Shown here: in pieces, positions 10,701-20,298 of the stretch | How positions within the stretch are numbered: the stretch's first letter is position 1 | Layout: each line of letters opens with the position of its first letter | Source: Zootoca vivipara | Lineage: Eukaryota | DNA: 64,000 nucleotides | Assembly: GCF_963506605.1 (NCBI RefSeq) | Contig: NC_083283.1 | Span: forward strand, 82,026,001-82,090,000 | Reading direction: 5' to 3' | Made by a program: the position numbers and the translations under genes | The notes under the pieces: generated by a model | The model's database searches: none | What the model was told of the DNA's origin: nothing | The model's input: the letters and a program-made list of their open reading frames with translations, nothing else

Positions 10701-12606
10701 AAGCTGGGAATTTAAAAAAAAAACTAGCAACAACAGCAACAACAAAAATGACAGTCTACCCAAAAGACAGTCTACGTCAGGCATCCCCAAACTTCGGCCC
10801 TCCAGATGTTTTGGACTACAATTCCCATCATCCCTGACCACTGGTCCTGTTAGCTAGGGATCATGGGAGTTGTAGGCCAAAACATCTGGAGGGCCGCAGT
10901 TTGGGGATGCCTGGTCTACGTGGTTTGCCAGAAGCGGCGGCTTAGTCATGCTGGCCACATGACCCGGAACTGTACGCCGGCTCCCACAGCCAGTAAAGCG
11001 AGGTGAACCAGAACAGCACACGGAAATGCCATTTACCTTCCCGCCGGAGGGGTACCTATTTTTCTACTTGCACTTTTACGTGCTTTCGAACTGCTAGGTT
11101 GGCAGGAGCAGGGACTGAGCAACGGGAGCTCACCCCGTCGCAGGGATTCGAACCGCCGACCTGCTGATCAGCAAGCCCTAGGCTCTGTGGTTTAACCCAC
11201 AGCGCCACCCGCATCCCATTTTCCAATATAAGTTGGGGGGTATTAAAGGCGAAGTCGTATGAAATATTTTCTTTTCTTGAGTAAGTGAAAAGCTTTTTCA
11301 GGCAACTTTTACTCACTCAAAGCATGTAGTACCGATATATTTTCGTAAGATAAAGTAGCACATTACAGGATGATTTCTGCATATGCTGTAGACATATGCA
11401 ACACTCAGAGCTCAGGTACATTTTTCTACATTGAGGGTGCTGCCCTCTTCATGAGAGAAGTATACAGGGCCTTCACCTTTCTTGCGAATTCTGTTCTGCT
11501 GCAATAATTGCCTCCCCTCAATTATGGAATTTATTTTCCTTGGAGATAATCAACCTCTATTATTTTATACCTAGCACTATTCTGGCCACTGAAAGACTTA
11601 ACAAAGATAAAGTGTGGGCATCTGGAAACTATGAAAAGTGTTTTCATTCAAGCTGGCTTTGGGTGGCCAGGAAAAGTAAGGAGAAGGAAAGATAAGGGTT
11701 TAATTCAGGCACCCCCAAACTGTGGCCCTCCAGATGTTTTGGCCTACAACTCCCATGATCCCTAGCTAACAGGACCAGTGGTCAGGGATGATGGGAATTG
11801 TAGTCCAAAACATCTGGAGGGCCGAAGTTTGGGGATGCCTGGTTTAATTGCCTCGGATTTTGTGAGTAGCTTACCAGCCTTAAACATTTGGGAATGGGTG
11901 AGATATTAATCAAATAATTAATACACATATATACTGTAAGTACACATGTGTGGTTTACAGCAATTGACTTACTTGATTCCTTTTTCTTTGGTGCAATGGC
12001 TTTCTTGTTGGAAGCGCCGTCGTGCCTTTGTTCCTCTCTGTTTCCAGGAGCTTGGGTTTTTTTGACACTCACGGAATTAGTTAAAGGAGCATTCTGTTGA
12101 GCCCCAGCTAGTGGAGCAGCAGCTACTGACACTTCCTTGGAAACCACATCAGAAACCAGATCTTTTGAAGCAGTTATTGGTGGAGAAGACGCTGGCAGGC
12201 TGGGAACCGACTCTACCTTCCCCACTTTCTTCTCCTTCTTCTTCTTGTCTTTAGGAGACGGGGTTGGTTTTTCCTCAGGAGCTGAAAGAGACACAATAGG
12301 TGCCTCCAAGACCGGTTCAGGGCTTCCATCAGAAGCATCCAGACCTGTGTCTGGCTCCAGCAGTCCGTTGGGTTTCTCCTCCTTTTTCTTCGCCCTTCCT
12401 TTCTTCTCAGCAGGCTTCTCTTTCTTCTTCTTCTCCACCTTGTGGTGGCTGGCTTTCTCTAGCTCCTTGCGCTGCTTTGCCAAAGCTTCTTCGAAAGACG
12501 TCTCCTTCATGGAAAAGGTGGACACCAGGAATATCCCAACTGCTGAGACCAGCATGAAGCCTCCAAAGACCATGACGCCCAGGGTTTGAGGGTCATAAAA
12601 ATCCAT
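1660..12606 (-). CDS. RRBP1: Ribosome-binding protein 1 (p180), multi-exon, 3' part continues beyond window start. Coding exons 12606-11973, 10672-10524, 7966-7844, 6149-5997, 5016-4898, 4057-3904, 1798-1660
   Basis: N-terminus MDFYDPQTLGVMVFGGFMLVSAVGIFLVSTFSMKETSFEEALAKQ (TM anchor plus Lys-rich region) and coiled-coil exons match recalled vertebrate RRBP1. All boundaries are GT-AG with consistent phase. Confidence 0.96.
3090..3232. other. Assembly gap (143 N)
   Basis: Run of N. Confidence 1.
3298..3565 (+). mobile_element. Solo LTR (TG...CA) with 5-bp TSD GTTTC
   Basis: TSD 3293-3297 and 3566-3570; ATGCAAAT 3377-3384, TATATAA 3457-3463; homologous to 19760-20052. Confidence 0.85.
3904..4057 (-). 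CDS. RRBP1: RRBP1 exon (QNAELAKLRQECSRLGKELTEKLGTLQQVEDQKRVLEIKVAASEEQIQQLQ)
   Basis: ttcag / GTCAGT, 154 nt. Confidence 0.93.
4898..5016 (-). CDS. RRBP1: RRBP1 exon (IRTLQEQLENGPNTQLARLQQENSILRDALNQATSQTESK)
   Basis: ttcag / GTAAG, 119 nt; near-identical to the recalled mammalian sequence. Confidence 0.96.
5997..6149 (-). CDS. RRBP1: RRBP1 exon (ELTAEKAKALSVENKLKEQLQTRDQEVTALQARMQATYQDRETETQQLQGK)
   Basis: ttgaag / GTGGGA, 153 nt; not in the ORF track, translated by hand. Confidence 0.93.
6693..6828. mobile_element. 136-bp palindromic hAT-type MITE, TSD CTATAACC
   Basis: TIR CAGGCA.CCCCAAAC and perfect 8-bp TSD. Confidence 0.9.
6951..7050. repeat. Minisatellite, 5 x 20 bp (TCACAAATCACTTTAGTATC)
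   Basis: Direct tandem units, one variant. Confidence 0.95.
7844..7966 (-). CDS. RRBP1: RRBP1 exon (ATQKGDPIAVLKRQLEDREKQLATEQENVTLAKAKLRELSK)
   Basis: ttgcag / GTAGGT, 123 nt. Confidence 0.95.
8274..8514. mobile_element. MITE with TIR CATA(C/G)CTGCCAAGT, 6-bp TSD CAGCAG and internal 24-bp hairpin
   Basis: TIRs and TSD visible; arms 8345-8368 and 8392-8415 are perfect reverse complements. Confidence 0.8.
9624..10130. mobile_element. Composite hAT MITE: lone TIR (9624-9639), about 355 bp foreign DNA, then a full MITE (9995-10130); TSD CCCTACTG
   Basis: TSD at 9616-9623 and 10131-10138. Confidence 0.82.
10524..10672 (-). CDS. RRBP1: RRBP1 exon (TTDVENMLYVPYKTLCSIISSMVFGQGEAQQLIEILTEKAGGAQDPWLM)
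   Basis: tttttag acceptor, GTATGG donor, 149 nt; matches the LYLPYKTLVSTVGSMVF motif. Confidence 0.93.
10778..10913. mobile_element. 136-bp hAT-type MITE, TSD GTCTACGT
   Basis: TIRs plus perfect 8-bp TSD. Confidence 0.92.
10922..11217 (-). mobile_element. Sauria SINE with internal inversion
   Basis: 11004-11217 is the 5' half on minus; 10922-11003 is the following segment on plus. Confidence 0.8.
11706..11841. mobile_element. 136-bp hAT-type MITE, TSD GTTTAATT
   Basis: TIRs plus perfect 8-bp TSD. Confidence 0.92.
11973..12606 (-). CDS. RRBP1: RRBP1 first coding exon (exon begins 12626; TM anchor, Lys-rich, Pro/Ser-rich linker)
   Basis: ATG at 12606; acceptor ttgcag before 12626; donor GTAAGT at 11972; 634 nt, phase 1. 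Confidence 0.95.
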
Positions 12607-12805
12607 TCTTGCTCCGTAGTCTTAACCTGCAAAACAACATTGAGTAAGTTATTGCTGACCTAGAAGCATGTTTGCAGATGCATGTTTACATAGCAGAATG
12701 GTCGGCTTGCCCTGCTGACCTAGAGGCATTCTCAGACGCAACCTAGCCAGAGTGTACTCAGAGTAGAATTCTACTCAAGACTAGCTTGCGGCGTTCCACA
12801 CAATA

Positions 12806-13056
12806 CAGTCATACCTTGGAAGTCGAATGGAATCCGTTCCGAAAGTCCATTCAACTTCCAAAACATTCGGAAACCAAAGTGAGGCTTCTGATTGGCTGCA
12901 GGAAGCTCCTGCCAGCCAATCGGAAGCCATGGAAGCCCCATCAGGTGTTTGGCTTCCAAAAATAGTTCGCAGACCGGAACACTCACTTCCAGGTTTTGAT
13001 CGTTCGGGAGCCAAAATGTTCGAGAATTAAACTATTCGAAAACCAAGGTACAACTG
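12806..13056. mobile_element. Tc1/mariner (Tigger/pogo-like) MITE, TA TSD
   Basis: ta|CAGTCATACCTTGG...CCAAGGTACAACTG|ta; related copies at 31130 and 40760. Confidence 0.85.
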
Positions 13057-13609
13057 TATAACTAGAAGTTTTGAACAACGGCAACAAGGAGCTCCTACTA
13101 AAAGAATTAAAGAAGCAATCACATTTGAGAAATTGCCGAATTGCATGATCTGTACAGGATTGTGTAGGGGTGTTTATAGATTCAATTTTGTTCCTGGAGA
13201 CCCAGGTGGCTTTGGTCGTGAGGAGCATTTTAAAATCAGTTTCAGCTGATATAACAGCATTGGCCATTACTGGACCAGGATAGCTTGACCACAATAGTTC
13301 AGGCATTTGACTGAAATGCTTTCAACGTGGGAGCTTCCCTTGAGCTTTGTCTGGAAATCACAGTTAGTGCAGAGCAACTGGTGGCAGGAGTGAGACACAT
13401 ATTGGGCAAGAGTTATAGCACAGATCAAATTTTGTATAAGCACAGGGAAGATAAATAGCTTTTCCAGCAGGGGTTAAAGGAACTCTCTCTTTCTCTGGAA
13501 TTTAAATAAACATTCAGCAAGAGTCACTTCATTAACAACACAATATGGAAGTCTGTTTGTCTCTAAGCTGTTAAATGCAACAAAGCATTTAACAGCTTTA
13601 ATAGAAGCA

Positions 13610-13772
13610 TAATAGAATCAAAAAGTTGGAAGGGACCCAAGGGTCCTCTAGTCCAACCCCCTGCAATGCAAGAATCTCAGCTAAAGCATCTCTGACAGAT
13701 GGCCACCCAACTTCTGCTTAAAAACCTCCAAGGAAGGAGAGTCCACCACCTCCGAAGGGAGTCTGTTCCACA
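13610..13772 (-). mobile_element. CR1 LINE 3' end fragment
   Basis: WNRLPSEVVDSPSLEVFKQKLGGHL on minus plus (ATTCT)-type tail. Confidence 0.8.
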
Positions 13773-13939
13773 AATAGGATGCTGCGCAACCCTGCGAGGG
13801 TAGCAGCCCGGTTGCCCTGCTGCAGCTGCCACACTGAAGCAGCCACTGCGCTGCCCTGCAAAAGTGGAGGGGGGGGGGTGCGAGGCAGTTCGTTTCAGCC
13901 AAAGGCTTCCAACAGTGCAAGCAAGCAGAGAGTCCAGGC

Positions 13940-15620
13940 CAGTCGGTGGAGAGGGGACAGCGAAGAGCAGGAGGGGAGGGAGCGGCTAAAGAAAATTAAT
14001 ATGCAGCCGTGGCGTGGAGGCCGCTGCCCTCTGACCGAGGGACAGCATGGCGTGCGCAAAACTGCGCGGCACCAACCAGCAAACCTGGACTACGGGCCAC
14101 AAGAGCAGCTTTGGTGAAGTAGAGGAGCCTGCTGCAGGACTGCAAGGGGGCGTGGGGTCTCCTTCCCCATAGACGCAGCAATCCCAGACGACCAGGCGGG
14201 AGGCGATCTCCCTACTGCGCGGCAGAGGAGAAGCGCCAGAGCCCTCGAAGCTGGGGCTGAAGGGGCGATCATCGGGCCGGGACTCTCCGGCCAGCGGGAA
14301 AGCGGCTGGCTGCGGCAGCTCGGGCGGGGAAGGCGGGGAGCCCCCCGACGGCTGCGGAGAGGGCAGCAGCGGGAGGAGCCCAAAGGACTCGGCGCCAGGC
14401 TCCTCCTCCCCGCCGGAGAGCGAGACACGTCGCCACTCGGGCCCGTCGGGGGGCGGCCCGAGGTCCAGGGTCCGGCCGCCGAGCAGAGCGGGCCGAGGGC
14501 AAGAGACCCCCGCGCCTGTCGGGGAGGGCCTTGCAGCCGAGTCCGACGGGACTCGGTTGCAGCGGCGCCGCCGCTTCCCCCGCTCCTTCCTTCCAGCTGA
14601 AACGCTCTTCCACGTCCACGCCAAGCCTCTCGCTCGACGCCCCGCTCGGGCGCTCCAGCAGGCAGTCGCCCCTTCTTCGCCGCCTTCTCCCTCTCACGCT
14701 CTGCTCTCGGTGCCGTCGGGGGACGCATCCCCGTGACCGCGGAGCCACCCGCCCCGCGCTCGGTGCCCCGCGAGGTCTCCCGTTCTTGCGCTGCATCCCT
14801 GGAGGGGTCGAACGGGGCTCCGCGCGGGCAGCGACCGCGATTAGGGGCCCTTTCCTCAGCCGCAACTTGCATCGCCGGCCGCCTGCTCGGAGCCGTCCGA
14901 CGGGCGCCCGAGGCGGGGAGTCCAAGCGCCGCTCCGCGCTGCCCGCTGCCTTCTGCAGCCGGGGTGCCCGCGCTGCCCGACCGGGCGCGGAGGCGGCTGT
15001 TGTCTCTCCTCGCCGCCCGAGGACGGGGCGCGCTTCCCCTTCCCCTCGCTCACCTCGCGCCGTCGCCGCTGCCTCTCCGCTCGCTCTCCCGCGCTCCCTT
15101 GGCGTGTTCCTCCTGCCGCGGGCGCGCTGAAGTCGTGGCACTTTCCTCGGAGAACCTCCCCAACGCGGCCGCGAGGATCCCCGCCCCGTCGCCGGCGCCG
15201 AAGGAGGTTCCCGGGCTGCGGTTGGTGTCCGGCCCGCCAGTCAAAGGCGCTCCGGCCCAGTGGGGAGACCCGCGGCTCGGAAGTCCGCCCGAGGGGAGGG
15301 CAGCCGCTGCCAGGCGGACGAGGCCCATCGCAAAGGAGGCGGCTGCCCGGGACGGAGAAAGAAAGGGGCGGGACGGACCGGGTCATTCGCCGCCGCCGCC
15401 CACCTCGAAAGGGGCCTGGGCGCAGACAGGCAGCGGAGGGAGCCCGGCGGCTACCGACGCTCTCGTCTCCCGGTCCCGAGAAGCCGGCTCCCACGGTCGG
15501 ACGCGCCGGTCGGCTGCCCCAGGAAGATGCTGGTCTTCTCTTCGCAGACCCCTTGGTCCCAGCCACGCGTGCTTCTCTTGCGCGTTCACACCGAGGCACG
15601 TTTCTCCAATTGCACGTGGG
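13940..15620. promoter_or_regulatory. RRBP1: CpG island: RRBP1 promoter and non-coding exon 1 (probable donor GAG|GTGAGC after 15054 on minus)
   Basis: Very high GC and CpG density, GC boxes, and ctcacctc at 15049-15056, upstream of the acceptor-bearing first coding exon. Confidence 0.8.
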
Positions 15621-15990
15621 GATTGAAACATACCAAACATACCAAAATGCATAGTATTAGGGAAACTGCCTGAAAAAAATGTGCGTATTAGCCAAAACTG
15701 CATGCAGGATTGATTCCTTTTTAAAATCTCCAAACTGCTGCATAAGTGTGGACAACTGAATTGCAGGTTGAAAACTGAGAAACTGGAGAACTGAAATGGG
15801 CAGATTTGTCCCTCCCTACACTTGAGAAACTGAAACTGACTACTGTGCTCCACGTTTTGTGGCTCCTTTGCTGTGTTCTTGCATCTCTTTATGGAGTGTC
15901 CCATTTTTAAGCATTTTATTGAGTTTTATATTTGTTAACCATTGTAATATTTTTAAAAAATAAAAAGTTGTATATAAATGATTTAAAACC

Positions 15991-16615
15991 ATCATATTTT
16001 TCGCTCCACAAGACACACTTTTTTCCTCCTAAAAAGTAAGGGGAAATGTCTGTGCGTCTTATGAAGCGAGTGCTGCGCGAAGTAGGGACGGACAGGAGCC
16101 ACCCCTGCGCTCGGCCGCCCCCTTGGGATGGGCACACGCGCCACCTCCTTGGGACGACGCTCATGTGGGCATCGCATGTCCCCAAAAGTGAGATGCCGCC
16201 ACACAAGACCCTCCCTCTGCCATTGGTCTTCCACAGTAGTGCCTTCCTTTGCAGAAGTGTGAAATTTGAAGGGCAGCTGTGGTTTGGTCCCACTTCTTTT
16301 GGCTTTATTAAAATAATTGTGTAGGGCTAAACCATACAGTCTTTAGATCTGAGGGACTCAATGTGGGAAGCTCAAGTATTTCCATTGCCTGCCCCTCTTA
16401 CTAGGAGATAAAGTCTCTCTTCATTTGTTAATGACAGTGATGATGGTTCTAAATGCCACTGTTGACTGCTGTTCACTTTACATGGTTGAAATATTATTCT
16501 GATATACTGGGGTAGTTTATTAAATAGTTTAGTACAACATTTGATTCAGAATTTCTTCTTCTTGTTGTTTTCCTCCTCTAAAAACTAGGTGTGTCTTATG
16601 GAGTGAAAAATGCGG
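15991..16615. mobile_element. Tc1/mariner (Tc2-like) non-autonomous element
   Basis: Degenerate TIRs atatttttcgctccacaagacacac ... gtgtgtcttatggagtgaaaaatgcgg|ta. Confidence 0.7.
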
Positions 16616-16762
16616 TAAATAAAGTCCCAGCTAGACAGATAAATGCTTCATTGGTTTAATAACATCATGACTGCAAGAAATCATTGGTTTCAGGTCTGTG
16701 ATGGGGAAGAGGTTGTTGTTTTGAGGAGGGTGTGTTTGGGGGTGTGGAGGATCCCTGTGATC

Positions 16763-16909
16763 CTACAGGAATGTGAAGCACCACTCCAAGAGACAGAGGG
16801 CACAGCGCTCAGCCTGGAAGCTACTGGCTCCATAGGATAACTTCAGCCACTTTTGAAATGTAGCACATTCCTTCTTCAAGAGGAGGAACTGGCCCAGGAG
16901 GATGTATGC
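16763..16909 (-). CDS. BANF2: BANF2 coding exon 2
   Basis: ttccag acceptor, AYILLGQFLL...EWC..FL, TAG stop at 16765-16763. Confidence 0.92.
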   Translation of the reverse strand, partial: AYILLGQFLLLKKECATFQKWLKLSYGASSFQAERCALCLLEWCFTFL

Positions 16910-18361
16910 CTGGAAGGAAAATCAGGAAGCAGAATTAGTATTTTCCCTCAGTACCAAGAAAAGCAGGCCTGAAATGAATGTTGAAATAAACAGGGTGTGT
17001 GTGTGGCAAATCTGTGAATTTTGTCATTTGGAATTTGAGATTGAATGTTTTGGGCTCAAATTTCAATTTTTAGCACTTAATTCTTTTTGTTGAACCCCCC
17101 CCCTTCTAATAGGGGTGGGGACAGTTTATTACCCATTGACCTATTCAGCTTTTCGGAATGGTTAGCTGAACAATGAAATCATTACAAAGCTTAACGATGG
17201 GCTCCCTAGTACGTTCAGTTCACCCCTCATGCTGGAAGCCAAATGTGGATTGAACATTTGTCAGATATTCAATATCAGCACCCACAGTGGATAATTTTGA
17301 GGGAAATGTAAGGGCCCGACTAGGTTTAGCCCGAAAGCTAGACTGGGTTCACAGAGGAGGCAGTACATGATTGCAGTTTAAACATTGTCATCAAACTGAG
17401 AGCCAAGTCCAATTCAGATGTTCTGAACGGGGGGCTTAAGTAAACACGCAAGTGAGAGAGAGAGAGAGAGAGCTAGCACTGTCCTCGATCCTCATCGCCC
17501 TCCATGGGTTCAAAGGTGGCTGTGTGTAGCGGGAAGACTCCTGTACTCACAGAGGCCCCTGTGCATTTTGAAATCCTGGGAAACCAGGGCTTCAAAACGT
17601 GGAAACCTCTACAAGCACAGGAGTCCTTTCCCTTGGAGACAATCACCCTGGAACATGCAGAAGGTGGCAGGGATGACAGGCAGAGCTAGCACACTTGTGC
17701 ATACTCTGTCTGCCAGTGTGCTTCCCTAAGCCCCGTTTGGAACACCTGGGCTCCAGCTGTTTTTGGCAACTGGGGAGATAAACACTGCCGTGCTCCATGG
17801 ATGCAGAAAACCTGAGATCTCTTAACTGCTTGGCCAGAAGTTACAAATATAAAATTTCCCATCTGGCAAGAAAGTCAAGTTGGCAATTAATGATAAGTGG
17901 TCGTGCAGTTCCATCTCCCATCTTGTGTGACCACTGGCAGGACATAAGACACAGGACTCCCTCCCTTCTAGACTCCCCCTGCTATCTGTCATAAAGTCAG
18001 CTTTTGAAACTGGCCAGAAATTATCCAGCACTGGGGGCAGGGCAGGGCTTCAACAGAGGTCTTTTGGGGCAGCATTTCATTGGATCGAGGATGATGTGTC
18101 CTTAACAAAAGTCCTAATAGTCACAGCCAGAGTAGAACAGGCTAGAAGATGGAAAGACACCACCTTGTTATGTTCCATCCATGAAGGATTGTTTTTGAGG
18201 TGTATTGAATTAGCAAAAATGGACACATTGACAGACCTGGTCTATAAAAGCAATGGTATCCTATATAATAAAGTGCAAGTGTCTCTGCATCCAGATTCCC
18301 TGTGTCCCGTTTTCCGCGCTACTGAGCATGTGCCCCAGGGACACAGGGATTGGACGCAGAG

Positions 18362-18407
<46 letters not shown>

Positions 18408-19565
18408 CCCCACCCCACCCCACCCCCACCCCTCTGCCCTGCACTGGCTCAATAAGCAGTTAAAACAGTGGCCACCAGGTAGAAGGCAGGAGCCGGCAGC
18501 AAGGCTCCTAAGCAGGGCAGGCCCTCTCTCAACGTGCCCAAGGGCCTGAGGAGGAAGCCGGGACGACCCAAAAATTGAGGCCCCGGCTTCTCCTCACTAA
18601 CAGGCCCAAAATTGAGGCCCAAACAGCGCAAGCAACCGGGAGACCCCCGCTGGGCCGGAACGGCCAGGAAAGGCGCGGGGAGGCCACCGAATGCTTAGCG
18701 CCAACCGCGGGACCCTCAGAAAGTGCCGGGGCGGGCGCAAGCCCCCCGGACGGCAAAGCTCCCTCCCGGATGCAGCAGACGACTGAAAAACAGCCACGAA
18801 GGCCAACAAAAGTAGTGGGAGCCACCCCCACCCCGAAAAACTGGGCGTACACCCCGGAGCAGCCGCCCGGGCCGTCCAGGAGCCAAAATTCGGCCACTGG
18901 GCCCTGGCAGCAGCAGCACTATTGACGGGGAAAAATTAGGAACCAAACGGCAGGCGTAAAAAGCGCGCGAAAACAGGGTGGGGAGGGATCCGCACTCCAA
19001 ACACAAGCTTCGGAGGGGGTAAAGGAAGAAATACCCCCACACCCCCCAGCCGAGCCCGGGCTGTAAAGGTAAAAAGGGGGGGGGACTTTGGCTTGGGGTT
19101 TGGGAACGGAGGGGAGAAATTAGGGATAAATTAAGGATCAAAGGGAGGGGAGAAGGAATAATCAATTAGACAAGGAATAAAAGCCCCCCCCCCACGCCGC
19201 TGCCACCGAAAAAGGCCAAATGTTCTAGCGCCCGTTTATTAAATGGGCTGAATGACACTAGTCTTGTATAATACAGTACAAAATTTGCCCAATAGTGGTC
19301 AGGCTATGCGAACAATTGCAACACTAAGGTCAGAAATACCAGGTTTCAAAGACATTTCTTTATGTGAATATGATTTAGATAAATCATGAATTGTGTGGGT
19401 TAATAAAAGTGCTGTGGCAGAAAGCATTAAAGCAGTTACCTTGTCAAAGCCCTTTGCTGCTAGTCTTGCTCCAAGCTCCTCATTTATGCCATCCACTACT
19501 ATAATAGGTTTGTCACCCATAGGCTCAGATACAAAGTCCTGGAATTTCCTGCTTCTGATAGCCAT
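16763..19565 (-). CDS. BANF2: Barrier-to-autointegration factor-like protein (BAF-L), 90 aa; exons 19565-19440 and 16909-16763
   Basis: MAIRSRKFQDFVSEPMGDKPIIVVDGINEELGARLAAKGFDK|AYILLGQFLLLKKECATFQKWLKLSYGASSFQAERCALCLLEWCFTFL*; BAF-family signature, GT-AG intron, syntenic between RRBP1 and SNX5. Confidence 0.92.
18259..19261 (+). mobile_element. Non-autonomous Helitron in BANF2 intron
   Basis: A|TCCTATATAATAAA 5' end; 3' hairpin GCCCGTTT-att-AAATGGGC (19230-19248), then CTAG|T; no TSD. Confidence 0.85.
19440..19565 (-). CDS. BANF2: BANF2 coding exon 1
   Basis: ATG 19565, acceptor ttctag before 19568, donor AAG|GTAACT. Confidence 0.92.
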
Positions 19566-19759
19566 TATCTAGAACAGTAGCACAAGAGGAGGCAAGACAG
19601 AGGAGTTATAATAGAATATAAATGAAAATACAAAGATTAAGGAGCCCCGGAAGTATTGAGTATATCTGCTGGGGAGACCTCCTTAGACTTCCACCAGCAA
19701 GTGATAGACATGAGGGTGGGCCTTGTCCATGGCAGTGTCTCATCACTGGAATTTCTTCT

Positions 19760-20052
19760 TGTAGAATAGTGGGTAAGAAGGATGAAGACACAGCTCTCAA
19801 AACAACCAGCTCTTTATTCTAGCTCTGAGTCCAGACGGAACAGTAGCTTAGCCAACTGGTTTATATAGTACTCAGTAACTTGCAACAGTAACAAACCTCC
19901 CCTAGCTACCCAATCCGTGAACAGCAGTCTCAATCCTTCATTTGCATGTTGTGGACCTGAGTGAGAACTGCAGCCACAGTGGGCAGGGTAAGAACTGCAG
20001 CCACGGTGGCCAGAAGGAGTACTGCAGTTAGCTTAATACATACCCGGTAACA
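19760..20052 (-). mobile_element. Solo LTR with 5-bp TSD CTTCT, same family as 3298-3565
   Basis: TG...CA ends; TSD 19755-19759 and 20053-20057; octamer, CCAAT, TATA and AATAAA in LTR order on minus. Confidence 0.87.
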
Positions 20053-20298
20053 CTTCTCCCTTGAGAAGGATGCAATTCCTCTGCATTGACGGTATTCCAA
20101 TGCCTTTTTAAACCATGGCTACTGACAAAGGTATTGTTTTTTATGGGGGGACACCCCACAAATAGATCCCATCAAGCGTCACCCCAAGTGTGGGTGGGAA
20201 ATAAATTTAAACAGAAAGGGCTCATATGTGAATAAAAGTGCACATGGAAAAATCAAAACTGTGCCACGCAGACATGCCTTAATAAGCTTGGTGCCTAC

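Noticed and set aside
13779-15904. Many long overlapping ORFs (up to 297 aa) on both strands
   Set aside because: Arg/Pro/Gly/Ala-rich frames expected from stop-poor CpG-island DNA; no domain motifs.
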